A program made the position numbers and the translations under genes. A stretch of 54,541 nt of DNA from an uncultured Planctomycetota bacterium (lineage in GTDB: Bacteria; Planctomycetota; DG-23; DATKVD01; CAZVTD01): positions 1 through 54,541 of the forward strand of contig CAZVTD010000002.1 in assembly GCA_964629945.1 (NCBI GenBank), read 5' to 3'. The notes under the pieces are model-generated. The model worked only from the letters and a program-made list of their open reading frames with translations. It was not told the DNA's origin and searched no databases. Below, piece after piece: positions 1 to 6,470 of this stretch (positions are counted from its first letter, which is position 1; every line of letters starts with the position of its first letter).

Positions 1-414
1 CCCCTCGCAAACAACCCCGCCACCCCCGAAACCCGCGAGCACCGCCTCTACCAGGCCGATTGGCTCCTCCGCTTCTACGGCTTCTCCCTCCCCGAACTCC
101 CCTTCGAGGACTCCGGACTCCTCCCCGAAAAGCTCGACCCCAAGCACGCCTGGGCCCTGCACCACGTCGACTACTTCCCCGTCGAGGTCAACACCGCCTC
201 GCGCGAAATGCTCCTGCGCACCCCGGGCATCGGCCCCATTTCCGCCGACCGCATCCTCGCCGCTCGACGGGCCCATCGCTTCTCGCGGCTCACCGAACTC
301 TCACGCCTCGGCGTCGCCACCTCCCGCGCGCGCGACTTCATCACACTCTCCGGACGCTTCTATCCCACTCCGCCAAAACACCCTTCCCCACAGCTCGAAC
401 TCTTCCCCGTCTGA
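1..414 (+). CDS. C-terminal part of a putative DNA modification/repair radical-SAM family protein (helix-hairpin-helix tail); 5' end lies outside the window
   Basis: Frame 1 is open from base 1 to TGA 412-414. Translation ...HRLYQADWLLRFYGF...EMLLRTPGIGPISADRILAARR... contains a GIG-type helix-hairpin-helix motif. Family assigned from memory, not searched. Confidence 0.55.
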   Translation, partial: PLANNPATPETREHRLYQADWLLRFYGFSLPELPFEDSGLLPEKLDPKHAWALHHVDYFPVEVNTASREMLLRTPGIGPISADRILAARRAHRFSRLTELSRLGVATSRARDFITLSGRFYPTPPKHPSPQLELFPV

Positions 415-577
415 GCACGACAAGACCGGGCATTGTCGGATCAGAATCCATGGTGTATCCTGCTCACGACCTCGGCACGGAACGGAAGCCCCGGAAATGG
501 ACTGGAAATCCCGCCTGCACGTGTGACACGTCCTCGTTGAATAGAAGCATCACGCTTTTGTTCGGGAGAATGATAGG

Positions 578-898
578 GTGCGCTTCGTAACCATCCTAAT
601 CCTCGCCATGAGCCTTGGATTACTCTTGGCGGACACCCTCATTATCCTCCGCGTGTGGTCATTGTACCCCTCGAATCATCAAGGATACGATATCAGGTGG
701 ACCTACGCGGGAACGGCCGTCGTCTTCGCAATCTCCCTGTTCGGTCTCTTGTGGCGTCTCGTGTCGAAGAAACTTGCCATCTTCGGCATGTTACTCTCCC
801 TTGCCTCCTCCGTCGGCATCTTCATCCTCGACCACTTCAATATGCTTGTAGAGTATACTCGGTGGGTTAAGCGAGGCATGCCTCCTTTTGGAGGTTGA
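578..898 (+). CDS. small integral membrane protein, unknown function (start could also be ATG 608)
   Basis: 106-aa ORF with three clearly hydrophobic segments (ILILAMSLGLLLADTLIIL, GTAVVFAISLFGLLW, AIFGMLLSLASSVGIFIL). Locally lower GC than neighbours. Confidence 0.45.
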   Translation: MRFVTILILAMSLGLLLADTLIILRVWSLYPSNHQGYDIRWTYAGTAVVFAISLFGLLWRLVSKKLAIFGMLLSLASSVGIFILDHFNMLVEYTRWVKRGMPPFGG

Positions 899-958
899 CC
901 GCGCAGGAAGCCTCGTAAACAGGGAGGGGAGGTCTCAGCATCGTCACTTCCCTCCCCC

Positions 959-1222
959 TCAGAACAGGTCCTTCACGTGCGAGGCCAGCACCTCCGGCTT
1001 CTGTGTCGAAATGATGTGCTCGATCAGCTTCGGCTTCATCCCCAGGGTTTCCAGCGCCTTGCGCGCGCGAGCCCACAACTGCTGTCGCTTCTTCTCGCTG
1101 CTGGCCAGATACAGTTCCGTCACGATCTCCTGCAGGCTCGAAACCCCTCGCGTCTCCGCCGTCTTGTAGTAATTCGCAATCACCTTCTTCTGGTAGCTCG
1201 TGTACTCCCGCTCACCAGCCAT
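959..1222 (-). CDS. hypothetical small cytoplasmic protein
   Basis: 87-aa ORF with balanced, charged, helical-looking composition (MAGEREYTSYQKKVIANYYKTAETRG...), unlike the Arg/Pro-rich shadow ORFs overlapping it. Confidence 0.5.
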   Translation of the reverse strand: MAGEREYTSYQKKVIANYYKTAETRGVSSLQEIVTELYLASSEKKRQQLWARARKALETLGMKPKLIEHIISTQKPEVLASHVKDLF

Positions 1223-1493
1223 GCCTCACCTCGTAGAATGCCGCCCGACCTGACCGTTCCCTCCGCACTCTCCACCGCCGGGCACTCGGTGTCGAGCCGC
1301 TGCGTATCTATTCTGCCAGACCCGGACCACATCGGCAACCCCATAGTCGTCCCCCATCCACCACGCGGGAAACCGACGATCTCAGCACCCTCTTTTCCTG
1401 AATACTTCCCCGTCAAAGGGGGTATACTCTCCGTGGTGATGGCGCGTTCGCACGCTACAAAGGTTGGTGTTGTCTTTCGGGAGGGACCACCTG

Positions 1494-1748
1494 ATGTATC
1501 CAGGCGTCATGGACATCGTCGGCATCATGTTCCTCTCCGTCTGCCTCAGGTTCTTCTATATCTATGGCCGGCACGAGTCGCGCTGGGTCCCCTGGATCTG
1601 GCCGGTCTTTTCCTTCGCCATCTGGGCCGGCGTTGTCTTCCTTCTCAAAGGCGGTCTGATCACCCAGATGCTGGGACAGTTCGTGCTCTTCGTGCTGGCC
1701 ACGGGCGTCAACATCCTCTCCGAGCGCAAGAGCCATATCATCAGGTGA
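1494..1748 (+). CDS. small membrane protein, unknown function
   Basis: ATG 1494 is preceded by GGAGG (1482-1486). The product MYPGVMDIVGIMFLSVCL...WIWPVFSFAIWAGVVFLL...LGQFVLFVLATGVNIL has 3 predicted TM segments. The track ORF starts earlier at a TTG. Confidence 0.5.
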   Translation: MYPGVMDIVGIMFLSVCLRFFYIYGRHESRWVPWIWPVFSFAIWAGVVFLLKGGLITQMLGQFVLFVLATGVNILSERKSHIIR

Positions 1749-1842
1749 GAGCAGCCGCTCCCCGCCGCTGCGAAGTCGTCGACAATCCCATGCGGAATTT
1801 TTCCGCATTTCTCTGAAGAGACCGTTTCCCTCCTGCCGAAGT

Positions 1843-2562
1843 ATGAATAGCTCGCTTACCCTGAAGCGGCTTGCATTGTCCAACTCACCCCGCACGGGAG
1901 TTGCCATGTTCGGACGCTCCATGAGTGTGGGCGTGCTTGCTTCCATTTGTCTGTTCGTCCTCTTCGGTTCACCGTCGCATCCCAAGATCACCAACTTCTC
2001 GCCCGGTCGTCCGGCCCTCGCACAGGCTCGTTCCCTCACCAGGGAAACGCTGCCGCGTCGCTTCCCAGAGCTCACGCATGACGTGCTCTTCGGCGTCGAG
2101 TCCACCCGAAAATGGAAAACCATCGTCTTCCATCACTCCGCAACCACAGCCGGTAGTGCCGATGCCTTCGACCGCTACCACAGACAGAATCTTGGCGATC
2201 CCAACGGCATCAAATACCACTTCGTCATCGGCAACGGCGATGGCGCCGACGACGGACTCATCGAGGTCACCGACCGTTGGCGTTCCCAGAAGGAAGCCGA
2301 TCACCTGTTCCATCCCGACAATGCGCCCGATTCCATCGCCATCTGTCTGGTCGGCAACTTTGAGAACTCCCGACCCACCGCCGCACAGCAGTTGGCCGCC
2401 GCCAAGCTGGCCTATGTCCTGATGAGGCGTTTTGACATCCCGCTCAGTCGGGTCCTCACGCATCGCATGGTCGATGAGGACGCCACGGTCTGTCCCGGAC
2501 GCGGCTTCCAGGTCGAGAGCCTCGTCCAGACTCTCGCCGACTGGTCCCTGAAGACCGACTGA
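1843..2562 (+). CDS. N-acetylmuramoyl-L-alanine amidase (Amidase_2 / PGRP fold), secreted
   Basis: Hydrophobic N-terminal segment. Motifs IVFHHSAT, IKYHFVIGNGDG, IAICLVGNF and LTHRMVD...TVCPG match the zinc amidase_2 pattern (His...His...Cys). Confidence 0.75.
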   Translation: MNSSLTLKRLALSNSPRTGVAMFGRSMSVGVLASICLFVLFGSPSHPKITNFSPGRPALAQARSLTRETLPRRFPELTHDVLFGVESTRKWKTIVFHHSATTAGSADAFDRYHRQNLGDPNGIKYHFVIGNGDGADDGLIEVTDRWRSQKEADHLFHPDNAPDSIAICLVGNFENSRPTAAQQLAAAKLAYVLMRRFDIPLSRVLTHRMVDEDATVCPGRGFQVESLVQTLADWSLKTD

Positions 2563-2631
2563 CCCGGACGCTGCTTCCCCATCGAGGGTCTCGTCCAGAC
2601 TCTCGCCGACTGGTCCTTGAAGACGGACTGA
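2494..2631 (+). repeat. head-to-tail tandem duplication, 2 x 69 bp, containing the last 22 codons plus stop of the amidase gene
   Basis: Copy 1 (2494-2562) encodes PGRGFQVESLVQTLADWSLKTD*. Copy 2 (2563-2631) reads PGRCFPIEGLVQTLADWSLKTD* in the same frame. There are about 9 mismatches by hand alignment; the core ctcgtccagactctcgccgactggtcc is identical. Confidence 0.9.
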
Positions 2632-2704
2632 CCCCCCTTTCATATCCTTGACCCGGCCCAGGGGAAAGATTACACTCCTTCTCTTTCTGGGCCATTTTCG
2701 GGTC

Positions 2705-2770
2705 AATTCCGGTCGTTTTTCGTGCGAATTCGGGCCGTTTTTCGCCCGAATTTGACCGGTTTTTCAGGAC
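2705..2770 (+). repeat. 3 x 22-bp degenerate tandem repeat (AATTCCGGTCGTTTTTCGTGCG / AATTCGGGCCGTTTTTCGCCCG / AATTTGACCGGTTTTTCAGGAC); units 2-3 also form a 9-bp hairpin
   Basis: AATT occurs at 2705, 2727 and 2749, each followed by a GTTTTTC core. AATTCGGGC (2727-2735) pairs with GCCCGAATT (2744-2752). Lies about 30-95 bp upstream of ATG 2799. Confidence 0.8.
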
Positions 2771-2798
2771 CCCATCCGATCATATAGGGGACATCCCA

Positions 2799-4259
2799 AT
2801 GCGCACCCGCATCATGTTGTGCTTTCTGCTGGGCTTTGTGCTGGCGATCCCGGTGAGTCTGGCGGCGGAATCCGAGACACATTATTTTGTGCTGCTGATG
2901 GACGGTCAGAAGATCGGCTACGCGGAGAACACGCGCGTGGTGAAAGGGGACCGGGTGATCAACGCCGAGAAGACGGTCATGACCCTGTCACGGGGCGCAG
3001 TCAATCTGACCTCGGAGAAGGTTGATGAGCAGGTTGAGACGCGGAGCGGGAAGCCGATCAGTTTCAAGGTGGTCAGCAAGGAAAACGGCGTGGTGCAGAC
3101 CGTCGAGGGCGTGGTCAAGGGAGGCAAAGTCACGGTTGCCCGCACGGTGGGCGGGGTCACCGAGACACAGACGATCGACTGGCCTAAAGGTGCGTTGTTG
3201 AGCGAAGGCGCGGACCTGTTGACGAAGAAGATGGGGCTGAAGGAAGGCACGACGTATACGATTAAGGCGTTCGATCCGGAATCGCTGATGGTCATGGAGG
3301 TGGAGGTCCGAGTGGGTCCGCGGAAGGAGGTGGACCTTCTGGGCCGCGTGGTGATGCTAACGGAGGTGCGAGGCACGATGTCGATGGGCGGACCAGGTAA
3401 GATCAACATGGTCCTCTACAGCGACGACAAGTTCAACATGAAGAAGGTGGTGACCTCACTGATGGGGATGAAAATGGAGGCCGTCAGCTGCTCGAAGGAG
3501 GTGGCGCTGAGCAAGAATGACGTGGTGCATTTCTTCGACAAGACGGTCGTGCGGTGTCCGGTTCCCTTGGAGGGGTATGAGTCGGCGAAGTCGATCACGT
3601 ACACGCTGGAGGCGACCGACGGGGAAGAGCTGAAGATCATGACGTGCGACTCGCAGGCGGTGCGGAAGGGTGACGGGGGCACGCTGATCGTGACGGTGAC
3701 CCCGATCGCAGCGTCGAAGGGCGAAATGTTTCCGTATAAGGGTGGGGACAAGGACGCGCTGGAGAATCTGAAGTCCAACCGATATCTTCAATGTGATCGG
3801 AAGGAGATCAAGGACCTGGCGAAGGCCGCGGTGGGTGAGACGAAGGACGCCGCCGAGGCAGCGAAGACGCTGGAGGGCTTCGTGAGATCGTATATCACGA
3901 AGAAGGACCTGTCGGTGGGGTATGCAACGGCAGTGGAGGTGGCCGCGAGCAAACAGGGGGATTGCACGGAACACGCGGTGCTCCTGGCGGCGATGTGTCG
4001 GGCCGTGGGGATTCCGGCCAAGGTGGCGGTCGGTGTGTCCTATGCGCCGGAGTATGAGGGAGAGACGGACATTTTCGTTCCGCACGCGTGGGTGAAGGCG
4101 CTGATCGGCGGGAAGTGGGTTGACCTGGACGCGGCGGCGGGGGTCGACGCGGGACACATCGTCCTGGCAGTCGGGGACGGGGACATGGTCGGCTTCTTCG
4201 ACATGCTCAACACGCTTGGGCGGTTCCGTGTGGTCAAGGCGGAGGTGGAGAAGGAGTGA
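2799..4259 (+). CDS. secreted protein with C-terminal transglutaminase-like cysteine protease core
   Basis: Signal peptide MRTRIMLCFLLGFVLAIPVSLAAE. The C-terminus QGDCTEHAVLLAAMCRAVGIPAKV...VPHAWVKALIGGKWVDLDAA shows the Cys-His-Asp transglutaminase-core pattern. Confidence 0.75.
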   Translation: MRTRIMLCFLLGFVLAIPVSLAAESETHYFVLLMDGQKIGYAENTRVVKGDRVINAEKTVMTLSRGAVNLTSEKVDEQVETRSGKPISFKVVSKENGVVQTVEGVVKGGKVTVARTVGGVTETQTIDWPKGALLSEGADLLTKKMGLKEGTTYTIKAFDPESLMVMEVEVRVGPRKEVDLLGRVVMLTEVRGTMSMGGPGKINMVLYSDDKFNMKKVVTSLMGMKMEAVSCSKEVALSKNDVVHFFDKTVVRCPVPLEGYESAKSITYTLEATDGEELKIMTCDSQAVRKGDGGTLIVTVTPIAASKGEMFPYKGGDKDALENLKSNRYLQCDRKEIKDLAKAAVGETKDAAEAAKTLEGFVRSYITKKDLSVGYATAVEVAASKQGDCTEHAVLLAAMCRAVGIPAKVAVGVSYAPEYEGETDIFVPHAWVKALIGGKWVDLDAAAGVDAGHIVLAVGDGDMVGFFDMLNTLGRFRVVKAEVEKE

Positions 4260-4463
4260 GGGGGTCGGGCGATGATGGTTCCCCCGTCTGAGGGAGATGC
4301 GTTCCAGAGCCCAAGCTGTTGACCGAGGAGCCATGACGCAAGATCAAGCAACTGCTGCCTTCGCCCCCGGTGGGAGCGAAAGGCGGGCGGCTTCGCGTGC
4401 CCCATCGCCCGGTCTGGAAGGCCGACTGATACACCGTCTGCTGGCGTCGAGGCAACAATTAAA

Positions 4464-4544
4464 TATGGTGTCCCCATAACCTGGTGTCCCCATAACCATA
4501 ACCTCCCCATAACCCCATAACCCCATAACCATAACCCATAACCC
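4464..4544 (+). repeat. two head motifs (TATGGTGTCCCCA 4464-4476, CTGGTGTCCCCA 4481-4492) followed by a CCCCATAA/CCATAA short-period tail
   Basis: Direct reading: ...aatatggtgtccccataacctggtgtccccataaccataacctccccataaccccataaccccataaccataacccataaccc. Confidence 0.85.
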
Positions 4545-4580
4545 GACTGCTAACGGATTGATGCCGAAAGGGGATTGGAA

Positions 4581-5000
4581 ATGATGGACGTAAAACGTGA
4601 GGACATGCCGTCCCCATACTTGTGGGTAGTAGACAGAGGGCTTGTCGGGTTTGATGCGTTTACGACATTACAGCCTTGGTACTTCTTAAAAGGTCCTGAG
4701 ATTTTCGATGTCATGGAAAAATGGCCCGCCGGACCAGGAAATATCGTCGATGCAACGATGCAATCGTATCCGAGGCCAGAAATGTCAGGACTCCTTGCTT
4801 TCGCGAGGCGACAGGACTGTGATGACATTGCGTGTTTTGAATTGCCAAGTATCGAAACGCCTCGGGTGATTCTCATACAAGGATGGACTAGAAGCGGAGA
4901 GGCTTACGACCTTGTTGCCAGCTATTCGAATTTCTGGGACTGGATGAAATCGGTCATCGATGATATCGCAGAATGGAGTACGCGCGAGGACAAACTATAG
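4581..5000 (+). CDS. hypothetical protein, SUKH/SMI1-KNR4-like (possible orphan immunity protein)
   Basis: ATG 4581 follows AAAGGGGA. GC is clearly lower than the flanks. The pattern LLAFARRQDCDDIACFEL...VILIQGW...YSNFWDWMKSVIDDI resembles the SUKH family C-terminal half (ipFa..gGd.yCfd...Vv.w......sF.efl). Pattern memory only. Confidence 0.5.
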   Translation: MMDVKREDMPSPYLWVVDRGLVGFDAFTTLQPWYFLKGPEIFDVMEKWPAGPGNIVDATMQSYPRPEMSGLLAFARRQDCDDIACFELPSIETPRVILIQGWTRSGEAYDLVASYSNFWDWMKSVIDDIAEWSTREDKL

Positions 5001-5020
5001 ACTTCGCAATTCAAGTGGAG

Positions 5021-5080
5021 AGTTCTGGGAACAGGGATTCTGGGGAGGTGCTGGGGGAAGGTTCTGGGGACACCCATAAC
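5021..5080 (-). repeat. head motif in reverse orientation (TGGGGACACCCATA 5065-5078) with a TTCTGGGGA-type short-period tail (5021-5070)
   Basis: agttctgggaacagggattctggggaggtgctgggggaaggttctggggacacccataac. The reverse complement reads TATGGGTGTCCCCAGAACC... Confidence 0.8.
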
Positions 5081-5097
5081 TGTCGCGGGAAGCAATC

Positions 5098-5544
5098 TTA
5101 TAACCCACTATCCAAATTAAGGTAGCCGTCTTCATCAAGCGGGTTCATCTGGGAGTAGTGAGCTCGACACCCCCAAATACTTCTATCGTGATATTCAATA
5201 TGCACTTTCCTGCCGTTGATGAAGCCATCCTCTGGATTTGAAGTGAATTGGATTGATGCTTGGAAGTCGTTGATTTGTCCTTTCAACTCAAGCTCAACTC
5301 CTGAAGGTAGATTAACCTGACTGACACCTTCAAAAATAAACCCAATGGCACCATAGTCGCCTTCAGAAAGGTAAATCAGGAGTCGAACTAAGTATCCTCC
5401 GTTCCCCGAGGTAGCGCAGACCCTTTTCCCATCCTCAATAAAGTAGGATGGCGAAATCACATGCGCCTCCCGAATCATTCCATTGGCAGCATTGATGAGA
5501 TGAATAACTGAGTCGAGTTGCTCTTGTCCTAGAATTGGCGTCAT
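5098..5544 (-). CDS. hypothetical protein (low GC; possibly immunity-like)
   Basis: ATG 5544-5542 is preceded by GAGGAG 7 nt upstream. The 148-aa product MTPILGQEQLDSVIHLINAANGMIREAH...GFIFEGVSQVNLPSG... belongs to no family I can name. It is the most AT-rich coding stretch in the window. Confidence 0.55.
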   Translation of the reverse strand: MTPILGQEQLDSVIHLINAANGMIREAHVISPSYFIEDGKRVCATSGNGGYLVRLLIYLSEGDYGAIGFIFEGVSQVNLPSGVELELKGQINDFQASIQFTSNPEDGFINGRKVHIEYHDRSIWGCRAHYSQMNPLDEDGYLNLDSGL

Positions 5545-5565
5545 CGTTTTGCTCCTCACTCATCC

Positions 5566-5634
5566 GGGAATCTGGATCTGGGATCTGGGAGGATCTGGGG
5601 ACAGCATATTGGGAGGATCTGGGGACAGCATATT
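5566..5634 (-). repeat. GATCTGGG short-period tail plus a perfect 24-bp tandem duplicate (5587-5610 and 5611-5634, GGGAGGATCTGGGGACAGCATATT) carrying two reverse-oriented head motifs
   Basis: Direct reading of 5566-5634. The reverse complement of each unit reads AATATGCTGTCCCCAGATCCTCCC, the same head architecture as 4464 and 6342. Confidence 0.85.
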
Positions 5635-5638
5635 TAGT

Positions 5639-6298
5639 TCATCCCTTCCTCTTCTTCGGTCCTCGCTTTCCCGGAACAAGAGATCGGTCCAGCACGTGTT
5701 CCACTCGGTTCAGGAACGCCATCGTCCCCAACGGACGGCCTGTGCGTTCATGCTTCCTGAGGGTTCGGGATTCCTCCTCCGACGAAGCAACGTCCAGAAA
5801 ATCCTCCCAGTCCCCCACAAGCTCCAGCAACGGTTCCACCTTCACCAACTGATCATCCCGCCCACGTCGATGGGCTCGCGCACTGCTCCACTTCCACCTC
5901 CACGGCTTCTCGGCCAGTCCCGCGCGCACCGGGTTCAGTTCCACATAACGCGCCGCCGCCAGCAGATACCGTTCATCCATCACAAACGACGCGAATCGTC
6001 CCTGGAAGAGGTGTCCGCGCCAACCTTCCCGGAAGTTCACCCGACGGGAATATCTCCGATGTGCATCCCCGATCGCCCGTCTCAGCCCGTCTTCGGACTC
6101 CGGGTTCACGATCAGGTGAACGTGGTTCGGCATCAGACAATACGCCCACACCTCGACGCCGAGCTTGCGGCAGGATGCGCTCATGAGATCAAGATACGCC
6201 GCGTAGTCGTCATCCGAGAAGAAGACCTCCATGCAGCGGTTTCCCCGCTGGGTCACGTGATGAGGCAGTCCCGGCGCCACGGCTCTTGCGATTCTCAT
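5639..6298 (-). CDS. IS200-like Y1 (HUH) transposase of the REP-associated tyrosine transposase (RAYT) type
   Basis: HUH motif in CLMPNHVHLIV and catalytic-Tyr helix AARYVELNPVRAGL. The N-terminus LPHHVTQRGNR is typical of COG1943-type proteins. Confidence 0.8.
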   Translation of the reverse strand: MRIARAVAPGLPHHVTQRGNRCMEVFFSDDDYAAYLDLMSASCRKLGVEVWAYCLMPNHVHLIVNPESEDGLRRAIGDAHRRYSRRVNFREGWRGHLFQGRFASFVMDERYLLAAARYVELNPVRAGLAEKPWRWKWSSARAHRRGRDDQLVKVEPLLELVGDWEDFLDVASSEEESRTLRKHERTGRPLGTMAFLNRVEHVLDRSLVPGKRGPKKRKG

Positions 6299-6330
6299 GT
6301 CCTGATGCTAACGCCTGCTACCAACACAAT

Positions 6331-6389
6331 CAATAATTAAGTATGGGTGTCCCCAAAATACCAAATACCCAAAATACATACCCAAAATA
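6331..6389 (+). repeat. head motif TATGGGTGTCCCCA (6342-6355) with a CCCAAAATA short-period tail
   Basis: caataattaagtatgggtgtccccaaaataccaaatacccaaaatacatacccaaaataa. The leader CAATAATTAAGTATGG resembles CAACAATTAAATATGG at 4453-4468. Confidence 0.85.
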
Positions 6390-6470
6390 AGGTGGTGGTG
6401 GCTCCATGAAGAGGGCGGGTTCTTTGGAGAACCCGCCCCTGGGTTGATGCGGCGGCATGTGCCGATTCGT

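Larger units (their letters stand above)
5566..6389 (-). mobile_element. RAYT gene bracketed by inverted head motifs with outward-pointing short-period tails (REP/RAYT-like unit)
   Basis: Heads at 5596-5609 and 5620-5633 (reverse) and at 6342-6355 (forward) sit next to the two gene ends. The tails extend away from the gene. Confidence 0.55.

Noticed and set aside
60-590. 176-aa ORF in frame 3 at the left edge
   Set aside because: It is extremely Arg/Pro-rich. Frame 1 gives a coherent helix-hairpin-helix protein tail instead.
4260-4463. Possible degraded toxin gene upstream of the SUKH-like gene
   Set aside because: No frame gives a plausible peptide. The ORFs 4297-4479 and 4234-4458 are Arg/Pro/Ser-rich junk, so I cannot support a pseudogene call.
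4476-4544. Possible CRISPR array or telomere-like repeat (CCCCATAA units)
   Set aside because: The units are 6-8 bp with no spacers and no cas genes. This is a microsatellite-like tail of the repeat element, not a CRISPR array. The chromosome context is ordinary bacterial.
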